From IMG/VR virus record IMGVR_UViG_2778261229_000001, positions 1 through 46,686 of that record: 46,686 nt of DNA, one strand, 5' to 3'. This document shows, piece by piece, positions 31,850-45,070 of the stretch (the stretch's first letter is position 1; every line of letters begins with the position of its first letter). The stretch comes from a virus. Taxonomy: Duplodnaviria > Heunggongvirae > Uroviricota > Caudoviricetes. The position numbers and the translations under genes were made by a program. The notes under the pieces are model-generated. The model saw nothing but the letters and a program-made list of their open reading frames with translations, ran no database searches and was not told where the DNA came from.

Positions 31850-32272
31850 ATGTTCCTGAAAACCGAATCATTTGAACATAACGGCGTGACCGTCACGCTT
31901 TCTGAACTGTCAGCCCTGCAGCGTATTGAGCATCTCGCCCTGATGAAACGGCAGGCAGAACAGGCGGAGTCAGACAGCAACCGGAAGTTTACTGTGGAAG
32001 ACGCCATCAGAACCGGTGCTTTTGTGGTAGCGATGTCCCTGTGGCATAACCATCCGCAGAAGACAAAGCTGCCTTCCATGAATGAAGCCGTTAAACAGAT
32101 TGAGCAGGAAGTGCTTACCACCTGGCCTACAGAGGCAATTTCTCATGCTGAAAACGTGGTGTACCGGCTGTCCGGTATGTATGAGTTTGTGGTGAATGAT
32201 GCCCCTGAACAGGCAGAGGACGCCGGGTCTGCAGAGCCTGTTTCTGCGGGAAAGTGTTCGACGGTGAGCTGA
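31850..32272 (+). CDS. G: Tail assembly chaperone G
   Basis: 140-aa, lambda gpG-like. Confidence 0.9.
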   Translation: MFLKTESFEHNGVTVTLSELSALQRIEHLALMKRQAEQAESDSNRKFTVEDAIRTGAFVVAMSLWHNHPQKTKLPSMNEAVKQIEQEVLTTWPTEAISHAENVVYRLSGMYEFVVNDAPEQAEDAGSAEPVSAGKCSTVS

Positions 32273-32688
32273 GTTTTGCCCTGAAACTGGCGCGTGAGAT
32301 GGGGCGACCTGACTGGCGCGCCATGCTTGCCGGGATGTCATCCACGGAGTATGCCGACTGGCACCGCTTTTACAGTACCCATTATTTTCATGATGTTCTG
32401 CTGGATATGCACTTTTCCGGGCTGACGTACACCGTGCTCAGCCTGTTTTTCAGCGATCCGGATATGCATCCGCTGGATTTCAGTCTGCTGAACCGGCGCG
32501 AGGCTGACGAAGAGCCTGAAGATGATGTGCTGATGCAGAAAGCGGCAGGGCTTGCCGGAGGTGTCCGCTTTGGCCCGGACGGGAATGAAGTTATCCCTAC
32601 TTCCCCGGATGTGGCGGACATGACGGAGGATGACGTAATGCTGATGACAGTATCAGAAGGAATCGCAGGAGGAGTCCGGTATGGCTGA
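32254..32688 (+). CDS. T: Tail assembly chaperone T segment (expressed as a G-T fusion by -1 frameshift)
   Basis: Slippery heptamer G GGA AAG at 32248-32254 in the G frame; -1 frame ORF continues to 32688. Confidence 0.85.
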   Translation: MFDGELSFALKLAREMGRPDWRAMLAGMSSTEYADWHRFYSTHYFHDVLLDMHFSGLTYTVLSLFFSDPDMHPLDFSLLNRREADEEPEDDVLMQKAAGLAGGVRFGPDGNEVIPTSPDVADMTEDDVMLMTVSEGIAGGVRYG

Positions 32689-35242
32689 ACCGGTAGGCGA
32701 TCTGGTCGTTGATTTGAGTCTGGATGCGGCCAGATTTGACGAGCAGATGGCCAGAGTCAGGCGTCATTTTTCCGGTACGGAAAGTGATGCGAAAAAAACA
32801 GCGGCAGTCGTTGAACAGTCGCTGAGCCGACAGGCGCTGGCTGCACAGAAAGCGGGGATTTCCGTCGGGCAGTATAAAGCCGCCATGCGTATGCTGCCTG
32901 CACAGTTCACCGACGTGGCCACGCAGCTTGCAGGCGGGCAAAGTCCGTGGCTGATCCTGCTGCAACAGGGGGGGCAGGTGAAGGACTCCTTCGGCGGGAT
33001 GATCCCCATGTTCAGGGGGCTTGCCGGTGCGATCACCCTGCCGATGGTGGGGGCCACCTCGCTGGCGGTGGCGACCGGTGCGCTGGCGTATGCCTGGTAT
33101 CAGGGCAACTCAACCCTGTCCGATTTCAACAAAACGCTGGTCCTTTCCGGCAATCAGGCGGGACTGACGGCAGATCGTATGCTGGTCCTGTCCAGAGCCG
33201 GGCAGGCGGCAGGGCTGACGTTTAACCAGACCAGCGAGTCACTCAGCGCACTGGTTAAGGCGGGGGTAAGCGGTGAGGCTCAGATTGCGTCCATCAGCCA
33301 GAGTGTGGCGCGTTTCTCCTCTGCATCCGGCGTGGAGGTGGACAAGGTCGCTGAAGCCTTCGGGAAGCTGACCACAGACCCGACGTCGGGGCTGACGGCG
33401 ATGGCACGCCAGTTCCATAACGTGACGGCGGAGCAGATTGCGTATGTTGCTCAGTTGCAGCGTTCCGGCGATGAAGCCGGGGCATTGCAGGCGGCGAACG
33501 AGGCCGCAACGAAAGGGTTTGATGACCAGACCCGCCGCCTGAAAGAGAACATGGGCACGCTGGAGACCTGGGCAGACAGGACTGCGCGGGCATTCAAATC
33601 CATGTGGGATGCGGTGCTGGATATTGGTCGTCCTGATACCGCGCAGGAGATGCTGATTAAGGCAGAGGCTGCGTTTAAGAAAGCAGACGACATCTGGAAT
33701 CTGCGCAAGGATGATTATTTTGTTAACGATGAAGCGCGGGCGCGTTACTGGGATGATCGTGAAAAGGCCCGTCTTGCGCTTGAAGCCGCCCGAAAGAAGG
33801 CTGAGCAGCAGACTCAACAGGACAAAAATGCGCAGCAGCAGAGCGATACCGAAGCGTCACGGCTGAAATATACCGAAGAGGCGCAGAAGGCTTACGAACG
33901 GCTGCAGACGCCGCTGGAGAAATATACCGCCCGTCAGGAAGAACTGAACAAGGCACTGAAAGACGGGAAAATCCTGCAGGCGGATTACAACACGCTGATG
34001 GCGGCGGCGAAAAAGGATTATGAAGCGACGCTGAAAAAGCCGAAACAGTCCGGCGTGAAGGTGTCTGCGGGCGATCGTCAGGAAGACAGTGCTCATGCTG
34101 CCCTGCTCACGCTTCAGGCAGAACTCCGGACGCTGGAGAAGCATGCCGGAGCAAATGAGAAAATCAGCCAGCAGCGCCGGGATTTGTGGAAGGCGGAGAG
34201 TCAGTTCGCGGTACTGGAGGAGGCGGCGCAACGTCGCCAGCTGTCTGCACAGGAGAAATCCCTGCTGGCGCATAAAGATGAGACGCTGGAGTACAAACGC
34301 CAGCTGGCTGCACTTGGCGACAAGGTTACGTATCAGGAGCGCCTGAACGCGCTGGCGCAGCAGGCGGATAAATTCGCACAGCAGCAACGGGCAAAACGGG
34401 CCGCCATTGATGCGAAAAGCCGGGGGCTGACTGACCGGCAGGCAGAACGGGAAGCCACGGAACAGCGCCTGAAGGAACAGTATGGCGATAATCCGCTGGC
34501 GCTGAATAACGTCATGTCAGAGCAGAAAAAGACCTGGGCGGCTGAAGACCAGCTTCGCGGGAACTGGATGGCAGGCCTGAAGTCCGGCTGGAGTGAGTGG
34601 GAAGAGAGCGCCACGGACAGTATGTCGCAGGTAAAAAGTGCAGCCACGCAGACCTTTGATGGTATTGCACAGAATATGGCGGCGATGCTGACCGGCAGTG
34701 AGCAGAACTGGCGCAGCTTCACCCGTTCCGTGCTGTCCATGATGACAGAAATTCTGCTTAAGCAGGCAATGGTGGGGATTGTCGGGAGTATCGGCAGCGC
34801 CATTGGCGGGGCTGTTGGTGGCGGCGCATCCGCGTCAGGCGGTACAGCCATTCAGGCCGCTGCGGCGAAATTCCATTTTGCAACCGGAGGATTTACGGGA
34901 ACCGGCGGCAAATATGAGCCAGCGGGGATTGTTCACCGTGGTGAGTTTGTCTTCACGAAGGAGGCAACCAGCCGGATTGGCGTGGGGAATCTTTACCGGC
35001 TGATGCGCGGCTATGCCACCGGCGGTTATGTCGGTACACCGGGCAGCATGGCAGACAGCCGGTCGCAGGCGTCCGGGACGTTTGAGCAGAATAACCATGT
35101 GGTGATTAACAACGACGGCACGAACGGGCAGATAGGTCCGGCTGCTCTGAAGGCGGTGTATGACATGGCCCGCAAGGGTGCCCGTGATGAAATTCAGACA
35201 CAGATGCGTGATGGTGGCCTGTTCTCCGGAGGTGGACGATGA
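32681..35242 (+). CDS. H: Tape measure protein H
   Basis: 853-aa, lambda gpH length and position. Confidence 0.93.
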   Translation: MAEPVGDLVVDLSLDAARFDEQMARVRRHFSGTESDAKKTAAVVEQSLSRQALAAQKAGISVGQYKAAMRMLPAQFTDVATQLAGGQSPWLILLQQGGQVKDSFGGMIPMFRGLAGAITLPMVGATSLAVATGALAYAWYQGNSTLSDFNKTLVLSGNQAGLTADRMLVLSRAGQAAGLTFNQTSESLSALVKAGVSGEAQIASISQSVARFSSASGVEVDKVAEAFGKLTTDPTSGLTAMARQFHNVTAEQIAYVAQLQRSGDEAGALQAANEAATKGFDDQTRRLKENMGTLETWADRTARAFKSMWDAVLDIGRPDTAQEMLIKAEAAFKKADDIWNLRKDDYFVNDEARARYWDDREKARLALEAARKKAEQQTQQDKNAQQQSDTEASRLKYTEEAQKAYERLQTPLEKYTARQEELNKALKDGKILQADYNTLMAAAKKDYEATLKKPKQSGVKVSAGDRQEDSAHAALLTLQAELRTLEKHAGANEKISQQRRDLWKAESQFAVLEEAAQRRQLSAQEKSLLAHKDETLEYKRQLAALGDKVTYQERLNALAQQADKFAQQQRAKRAAIDAKSRGLTDRQAEREATEQRLKEQYGDNPLALNNVMSEQKKTWAAEDQLRGNWMAGLKSGWSEWEESATDSMSQVKSAATQTFDGIAQNMAAMLTGSEQNWRSFTRSVLSMMTEILLKQAMVGIVGSIGSAIGGAVGGGASASGGTAIQAAAAKFHFATGGFTGTGGKYEPAGIVHRGEFVFTKEATSRIGVGNLYRLMRGYATGGYVGTPGSMADSRSQASGTFEQNNHVVINNDGTNGQIGPAALKAVYDMARKGARDEIQTQMRDGGLFSGGGR

Positions 35243-35568
35243 AGACCTTCCGCTGGAAAGTGAAACCCGGTATGGATGTGGCTTCGGTCCCTTCTGTAAG
35301 AAAGGTGCGCTTTGGTGATGGCTATTCTCAGCGAGCGCCTGCCGGGCTGAATGCCAACCTGAAAACGTACAGCGTGACGCTTTCTGTCCCCCGTGAGGAG
35401 GCCACGGTACTGGAGTCGTTTCTGGAAGAGCACGGGGGCTGGAAATCCTTTCTGTGGACGCCGCCTTATGAGTGGCGGCAGATAAAGGTGACCTGCGCAA
35501 AATGGTCGTCGCGGGTCAGTATGCTGCGTGTTGAGTTCAGCGCAGAGTTTGAACAGGTGGTGAACTGA
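35239..35568 (+). CDS. M: Minor tail protein M
   Basis: 109-aa, lambda gpM-like. Confidence 0.9.
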   Translation: MKTFRWKVKPGMDVASVPSVRKVRFGDGYSQRAPAGLNANLKTYSVTLSVPREEATVLESFLEEHGGWKSFLWTPPYEWRQIKVTCAKWSSRVSMLRVEFSAEFEQVVN

Positions 35569-36266
35569 TGCAGGATATCCGGCAGGAAACACTGAATGAA
35601 TGCACCCGTGCGGAGCAGTCGGCCAGCGTGGTGCTCTGGGAAATCGACCTGACAGAGGTCGGTGGAGAACGTTATTTTTTCTGTAATGAGCAGAACGAAA
35701 AAGGTGAGCCGGTTACCTGGCAGGGGCGGCAGTATCAGGCATACCCCATTCAGGGGACGGGATTTGAACTGAACGGCAAGGGCAGTGCTGCCCGTCCGAC
35801 ACTGACGGTTTCTAACCTGCACGGCATGGTCACCGGGATGGCGGAAGACCTGCAGAGTCTGGTCGGCGGAACGGTGGTCAGGCGTAAGGTTTACGCCCGT
35901 TTTCTGGATGCGGTGAACTTCGTCAACGGAAACAGTGACGCCGATCCGGAGCAGGAGGTGATCAGCCGCTGGCGCATCGAGCAGTGCAGCGAACTGAGCG
36001 CGGTGAGTGCCTCCTTTGTACTGTCCACGCCGACGGAAACGGATGGCGCTGTTTTTCCGGGACGTATCATGCTGGCCAACACCTGCACCTGGACCTATCG
36101 CGGTGACGAGTGCGGTTATAGCGGTCCGGCTGTCGCGGATGAATATGACCAGCCAACGTCCGATATCACGAAGGATAAATGCAGCAAATGCCTGAGCGGT
36201 TGTAAGTTCCGCAATAACGTCGGCAACTTTGGCGGCTTCCTTTCCATTAACAAACTTTCGCAGTAA
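35568..36266 (+). CDS. L: Minor tail protein L
   Basis: 232-aa, lambda gpL-like. Confidence 0.9.
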   Translation: MQDIRQETLNECTRAEQSASVVLWEIDLTEVGGERYFFCNEQNEKGEPVTWQGRQYQAYPIQGTGFELNGKGSAARPTLTVSNLHGMVTGMAEDLQSLVGGTVVRRKVYARFLDAVNFVNGNSDADPEQEVISRWRIEQCSELSAVSASFVLSTPTETDGAVFPGRIMLANTCTWTYRGDECGYSGPAVADEYDQPTSDITKDKCSKCLSGCKFRNNVGNFGGFLSINKLSQ

Positions 36267-36271
36267 ATCCC

Positions 36272-37015
36272 ATGACACAGACAGAATCAGCGATTCTGGC
36301 GCACGCCCGGCGATGTGCGCCAGCGGAGTCGTGCGGCTTCGTGGTAAGCACGCCGGAGGGGGAACGATATTTTCCCTGCGTGAATATTTCCGGTGAGCCG
36401 GAGGATTATTTCCGGATGGCTCCGGAGGACTGGCTGCAGGCAGAGATGCAGGGTGAGATTGTGGCACTGGTCCACAGTCATCCCTGTGGTCTGCCCTGGC
36501 TGAGTGAGGCTGACCGGCGGCTGCAGGTGCAGAGTGATTTGCCGTGGTGGCTGGTCTGCCGGGGGGCGATTCACAAGTTCCGCTGTGTGCCGCATCTCAC
36601 CGGGCGGCGCTTTGAGCACGGGGTGACGGACTGTTACACGCTGTTCCGGGATGCTTATCATCTGGCGGGGATTGAGATGCCGGATTTTCATCGCGGGGAT
36701 GACTGGTGGCGTCACGGTCAGAATCTCTATCTGGATAATCTGGAGGCCACAGGGCTGTATCAGGTGCCGTTGTCATCAGCACAACCGGGCGATGTGCTGC
36801 TGTGCTGTTTTGGTTCATCGGTGCCGAATCATGCCGCCATTTACTGTGGTGACGGCGAGCTGCTGCACCATATTCCTGAACAACTGAGCAAACGAGAGAG
36901 GTATACCGACAAATGGCAGCGACGCACACACTCCCTCTGGCGTCACCGGGCATGGCGCGCATCTGCCTTTACGGGGATTTACAACGATTTGGCCGCCGCA
37001 TCGACCTTCGTGTGA
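36272..37015 (+). CDS. K: Tail tip protein K (JAB/MPN plus NlpC/P60-like domains)
   Basis: 247-aa; HSHP motif; overlaps I by about 100 nt as in lambda. Confidence 0.85.
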   Translation: MTQTESAILAHARRCAPAESCGFVVSTPEGERYFPCVNISGEPEDYFRMAPEDWLQAEMQGEIVALVHSHPCGLPWLSEADRRLQVQSDLPWWLVCRGAIHKFRCVPHLTGRRFEHGVTDCYTLFRDAYHLAGIEMPDFHRGDDWWRHGQNLYLDNLEATGLYQVPLSSAQPGDVLLCCFGSSVPNHAAIYCGDGELLHHIPEQLSKRERYTDKWQRRTHSLWRHRAWRASAFTGIYNDLAAASTFV

Positions 37016-37584
37016 AAACGGGGGCTGAAGCCATTCGGGCGCTGGCCACACAGCTCCCGGCGTTTCGTCAGAAACTGAGCGACGGCTGGTATCAGGTACG
37101 GATTTCCGGGCGGGACGTCAGCACGTCCGGATTGACGGCGCAGTTACATGAGGTTCTGCCTGACGGCGCTGTGATTCATATTGTTCCCAGAGTCGCCGGG
37201 GCCAAGTCAGGGGGCGTATTCCAGATTGTTCTGGGGGCTGCCGCCATTGCCGGATCATTCTTTACTGCCGGAGCCACCCTTGCAGCATGGGGGGCAGCCA
37301 TTGGGGCCGGTGGTATGACCGGTATCCTGTTTTCTCTCGGTGCCAGTATGGTACTTGGTGGTGTGGCGCAGATGCTGGCACCGAAAGCCAGAACTCCCCG
37401 TACACAGACAACGGATAACGGTAAGCAGAACACGTATTTCTCGTCACTGGATAACATGGTTGCCCAGGGCAATGTTCTGCCTGTTCTGTACGGTGAAATG
37501 CGCGTGGGGTCACGCGTGGTTTCTCAGGAGATCAGCACGGCAGACGAAGGGGATGGTGGTCAGGTTGTGGTGATTGGTCGCTGA
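36913..37584 (+). CDS. I: Tail tip assembly protein I
   Basis: 223-aa, lambda gpI-like. Confidence 0.88.
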   Translation: MAATHTLPLASPGMARICLYGDLQRFGRRIDLRVKTGAEAIRALATQLPAFRQKLSDGWYQVRISGRDVSTSGLTAQLHEVLPDGAVIHIVPRVAGAKSGGVFQIVLGAAAIAGSFFTAGATLAAWGAAIGAGGMTGILFSLGASMVLGGVAQMLAPKARTPRTQTTDNGKQNTYFSSLDNMVAQGNVLPVLYGEMRVGSRVVSQEISTADEGDGGQVVVIGR

Positions 37585-37641
37585 TGCAAAATGTTTTATG
37601 TGAAACCGCCTGCGGGCGGTTTTGTCGTTTATGGAGCGTGA

Positions 37642-41043
<3,402 letters not shown>

Positions 41044-41109
41044 ATTTTATAACCCAGAACGGGCGTCAGAAATGACGCCTTTTTTATTGCAGAAAAGCGA
41101 GAGGTAATT

Positions 41110-41709
41110 ATGCGTAAAGTTTGTGCAGCCATTTTGTCCGCAGCCATCTGTCTGGTCGTATCCGGTGCGCCTGCATGGGCGTCTGAACATCAGTCCACGC
41201 TGAGCGCGGGGTATCTTCATGCCTCGACGAACGTTCCCGGCAGCGATGATCTTAACGGGATTAACGTGAAATACCGTTATGAGTTTACGGACACGCTGGG
41301 GATGGTGACGTCATTCAGCTATGCAGAAGACAAGAATCGCCAGCTGACTCATTACAGCGATACCCGCTGGCATGAAGATTCCGTGCGTAACCGCTGGTTC
41401 AGCGTGATGGCGGGGCCGTCTGTGCGCATGAATGAATGGTTCAGCGCGTATGCGATGGCGGGTGTGGCTTACAGCCGTATTTCGACTTTCTCCGGGGATT
41501 ATCTCCGCGTAACTGACAACAAGGGGAAAACGCACGAAGTGCTGACCGGAAGTGATGACGGTCGCCGCAGCAACACGTCTCTGGCGTGGGGGGCTGGCGT
41601 GCAGTTTAACCCGACCGAATCCGTGGCCATTGATATTGCTTATGAAGGCTCCGGCAGTGGCGACTGGCGCACTGACGGTTTCATCGTGGGTGTCGGTTAT
41701 AAGTTCTGA
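41110..41709 (+). CDS. lom: Lom outer-membrane protein (Ail/Lom family)
   Basis: 199-aa with signal peptide, closely matching lambda Lom. Confidence 0.9.
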   Translation: MRKVCAAILSAAICLVVSGAPAWASEHQSTLSAGYLHASTNVPGSDDLNGINVKYRYEFTDTLGMVTSFSYAEDKNRQLTHYSDTRWHEDSVRNRWFSVMAGPSVRMNEWFSAYAMAGVAYSRISTFSGDYLRVTDNKGKTHEVLTGSDDGRRSNTSLAWGAGVQFNPTESVAIDIAYEGSGSGDWRTDGFIVGVGYKF

Positions 41710-41767
41710 TTAGCCAGGTAACACAGTGTTATGACAGCCCGCCGGTTCAGGCGGGCTTTTTTGTGGG

Positions 41768-44700
41768 GTGAATATGGCAGTAAAGATTTCAGGTGTACTG
41801 AAAGACGGTGCAGGTAAACCGGTACAGAACTGCACAATCCAGCTGAAAGCAAAACGTAACAGCACCACGGTGGTGGTGAACACGGTGGCATCTGAAAATC
41901 CGGATGAAGCAGGGCGTTACAGCATGGACGTTGAGTACGGTCAGTACAGCGTTATTCTGTTGGTGGAAGGCTTCCCGCCATCGCATGCCGGGATCATCAC
42001 CGTGTATGAAGACTCACAACCGGGTACGCTGAATGATTTTCTCGGTGCCATGACGGAGGATGATGCCCGTCCGGAGGCACTGCGCCGCTTTGAACTGATG
42101 GTGGAAGAGGTGGCGCGTAACGCGTCCGCAGTGGAACAGAACACGGCAGCCGCGAAGAAGTCAGCCAGCGATGCCGGCACATCAGCCCGTGAGGCGGCAA
42201 CCCATGCGACTGATGCTGCAGGCTCAGCACGTGCAGCCAGCACATCAGCCGGGCAGGCCGCGACGTCGGCTCAGTCAGCGTCTTCCAGCGCAGGAACGGC
42301 ATCAACAAAGGCTACTGAAGCATCAAAAAGTGCTGCCGCTGCAGAGTCCTCAAAAAGCGCGGCGGCTACCAGTGCCGGTGCGGCGAAAACGTCAGAAACG
42401 AATGCTGCAGCGTCACAAAAATCTGCAGCCACTTCTGCATCCACCGCGACCACGAAAGCGTCAGAAGCTGCCACCTCAGCCCGGGATGCGGCGGCCTCAA
42501 AAGAGGCAGCGAAATCATCAGAAACGAGCGCAGCCTCGAGCGCCAGTAGTGCAGCCTCTTCGGCAACGGCGGCAGGAAATTCCGCGAAGGCCGCAAAAAC
42601 GTCTGAGACGAATGCGGATAACAGCGCACAGGCGGCAGCAGACTCACAAACTGCATCAGCAAACTCCGCGACAGCAGTCAAAAAATCAGAAACCAACGCG
42701 AAAAATAGCGAGGCAGCAGCAAAGAGCAGCGAAACCAACGCTAAAGCCAGCGAAACTAATGCTAAATCCAGTGAAACAAACGCGGCGAAATCTGCGGCGG
42801 ACGCACTTAATTATCGCAACCAGGCCCAGGGTATTGTTGGTACTAACATCGGTTTGGGATCATCACCGCGTGATTGCTCTGACATCTCAGGAAATCCATC
42901 AGGTTATATTGGCTTTATGCGCATCATGGAAAATGCCACGGGTTTTCCTTCGATTGCATCGGGTGAGGGTAATTTAACTGGCTTTATAAGTCAGGTTGAC
43001 GGATCGCCAGCTTATACAGGTATTTTCCAGGGGTGGAACACCAGATCCATTTACACCTATCGCTGGTTAACTAGTATAGGCCCGCAATGGACACGCCACG
43101 CTCGCAAAGATGAAGTCAGTCGATTATTTCAAAACGAATCGACGACTCGTATATATGGCCCAACTAACGATCGTTTCTTTGAAATCCATACTAACGGGAG
43201 TTGGGGGGTTTATGATTCTTCTTCTGGACAATGGTCTCCGTTAGGTTTAGCCCAGGGCGGTACTGGTGGAAGAACTATCGAGCAAGCACGTGCGAACTTG
43301 CGGGTAATGTATGAGCAAAAAGCTGGTCTTGCTAATACTGACCTAAACACCCTTACCGGTGAATATTCTGGTTTCTATCAACAACCAGCGAGCGCTTACG
43401 CAACAGAAGAATTAAATTACCCAATCGGTCTGGCGGGCGCTTTAATAGTGCTCCAAACGAGAGCCAACACTGCTTCTTCCTGCGTTCAGGTGTACTACCC
43501 TTATAATAATCCGGGAATTACTTATAGACGAATATATGAAGGAGGTAGCGGTACCTGGTCTGAATGGAAGAGAGATGTATCAACAGAAAGGGTTGAAGAG
43601 GGAAAAGAAACAACTTACGTATATTCTACGTATTCTTCAGGCGCACCACGCTTACAGGTTTCCAAATCTGGTTTGTGGGGTTGTCATAATGGCACTGGCT
43701 GGTTGCCATTAGCTGTTGGGCAAGGAGGTACAGGTGCGACAACAGTAGAAGATGCGCGAAACAACTTAAGTCTTGGCGAAAGTAGCGCAGTTAAATTTAA
43801 AAACCTTACTTTAACCGAAGCGCTCGACACGACATTAGGACTGCTTACAAAAACAGGACGAGACTGGAACACGCAGCATACTGATAACATTAATAAATTT
43901 ATACCAATTGCAGGCAGTACAAACGGCCCGGCAGGTTCTATGGTTCTTGGCGGCATTCATGTTCAATTTAGTAAAAATTATGCTGTGCAGTTCGGAGGCC
44001 GCAATTCCGGTTTTTGGGGAAGAACAGTTGAAAACGGAACGACGCAGGAATGGAAGAAATTACTAACAGTAGACGATCTAAATTCATCCACCGATCTTGC
44101 TGTCAGGTCATTAACCACATCTAACCCGTTAAAATCTGGCGGAGGGCGGATTGATGTCCTTGGAAGCACGTCAGACTATAGCAAAATGGATTGCTTTGTA
44201 CGTGGGTTTGATAGCACCGGTAATTCTCTCGCGTGGGCGTTGGGTTCATCAGTCGGCGTAAGTAAGATGCTGTCGCTAAAAAATTTCTTTAGCGGAGCTG
44301 AGATACTGCTAAATGGTAATGACGGCGCGGTTCAACTCAAAACAGGTGCTGTTAACGGGGCTAAAGCGCAGGCGCTCACTATCAACAAGGATGAGGTTAA
44401 CTCAACTGTTGATTTAGCTCTTACAAAACAAACAGGGACTGGCAATCGTTTTGTTTTACAGAACTTAGGTAATACAGAACTATCATTTGCTGTCAAGGTG
44501 TGGGGTTCAGGTGATCGACAAAACGTTTTTGAGGTTGGAACGTCTGCCGCGTATCTGTTTTATGCTCAAAAAACATCGTCAGGTCAGCTGTTTGATGTAA
44601 ACGGTGCTATTAACTGTACAACACTGAATCAGTTATCAGACCGCGAGCTGAAAGACAATATTCAGATTATCAGTGACGCAACCGAAGCTATCCGTAAAAT

Positions 44701-45070
44701 GAACGGGTACACCTACACACTTAAGGAAAACGGACTACCTTACGCTGGTGTTATTGCACAGGAAGCAATGGAGGCAATACCGGAAGCGGTAGGCTCATTC
44801 ACTCATTACGGTAAAGAGTTGCAGGGACCAACGGTTGACGGCAATGAATTACGTGAAGAAACACGTTATCTGAATGTTGACTACGCCGCCGTGACTGGCT
44901 TACTTATTCAGGTCGCCCGTGAAACAGATGATCGCGTTACCGCGCTGGAAGAGGAAAATACAACGTTACGTGAAAATCTGGCAACAGCAGGCACCCGGAT
45001 CACCACTCTGGAAAATCAGGTAAGCGAACTGGTTGCACTTGTCCGGCAGTTAACAGAAAGCGAACATTGA
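41768..45070 (+). CDS. stf: Side tail fibre protein with Ala/Ser-rich repeat shaft and C-terminal S74-type intramolecular chaperone domain
   Basis: 1100-aa; N-terminal about 330 aa matches lambda Stf; C-terminal SDRELKDNIQ...YLNVDYAAVTGLLIQ resembles the self-cleaving chaperone of endosialidase-type fibres. Confidence 0.85.
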   Translation: MNMAVKISGVLKDGAGKPVQNCTIQLKAKRNSTTVVVNTVASENPDEAGRYSMDVEYGQYSVILLVEGFPPSHAGIITVYEDSQPGTLNDFLGAMTEDDARPEALRRFELMVEEVARNASAVEQNTAAAKKSASDAGTSAREAATHATDAAGSARAASTSAGQAATSAQSASSSAGTASTKATEASKSAAAAESSKSAAATSAGAAKTSETNAAASQKSAATSASTATTKASEAATSARDAAASKEAAKSSETSAASSASSAASSATAAGNSAKAAKTSETNADNSAQAAADSQTASANSATAVKKSETNAKNSEAAAKSSETNAKASETNAKSSETNAAKSAADALNYRNQAQGIVGTNIGLGSSPRDCSDISGNPSGYIGFMRIMENATGFPSIASGEGNLTGFISQVDGSPAYTGIFQGWNTRSIYTYRWLTSIGPQWTRHARKDEVSRLFQNESTTRIYGPTNDRFFEIHTNGSWGVYDSSSGQWSPLGLAQGGTGGRTIEQARANLRVMYEQKAGLANTDLNTLTGEYSGFYQQPASAYATEELNYPIGLAGALIVLQTRANTASSCVQVYYPYNNPGITYRRIYEGGSGTWSEWKRDVSTERVEEGKETTYVYSTYSSGAPRLQVSKSGLWGCHNGTGWLPLAVGQGGTGATTVEDARNNLSLGESSAVKFKNLTLTEALDTTLGLLTKTGRDWNTQHTDNINKFIPIAGSTNGPAGSMVLGGIHVQFSKNYAVQFGGRNSGFWGRTVENGTTQEWKKLLTVDDLNSSTDLAVRSLTTSNPLKSGGGRIDVLGSTSDYSKMDCFVRGFDSTGNSLAWALGSSVGVSKMLSLKNFFSGAEILLNGNDGAVQLKTGAVNGAKAQALTINKDEVNSTVDLALTKQTGTGNRFVLQNLGNTELSFAVKVWGSGDRQNVFEVGTSAAYLFYAQKTSSGQLFDVNGAINCTTLNQLSDRELKDNIQIISDATEAIRKMNGYTYTLKENGLPYAGVIAQEAMEAIPEAVGSFTHYGKELQGPTVDGNELREETRYLNVDYAAVTGLLIQVARETDDRVTALEEENTTLRENLATAGTRITTLENQVSELVALVRQLTESEH

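Noticed and set aside
33239-34851. Multiple minus-strand ORFs (up to 192 aa)
   Set aside because: Antisense to the tape-measure gene H; no independent support
35466-36467. 333-aa minus-strand ORF
   Set aside because: Antisense to tail genes L and K, which are confidently assigned by lambda collinearity
42171-42977. 268-aa plus-strand ORF and several minus-strand ORFs (41941-42738) rich in Arg/Pro/Gln
   Set aside because: Alternative frames of the Ala/Ser-rich repetitive region of stf; low-complexity artefacts
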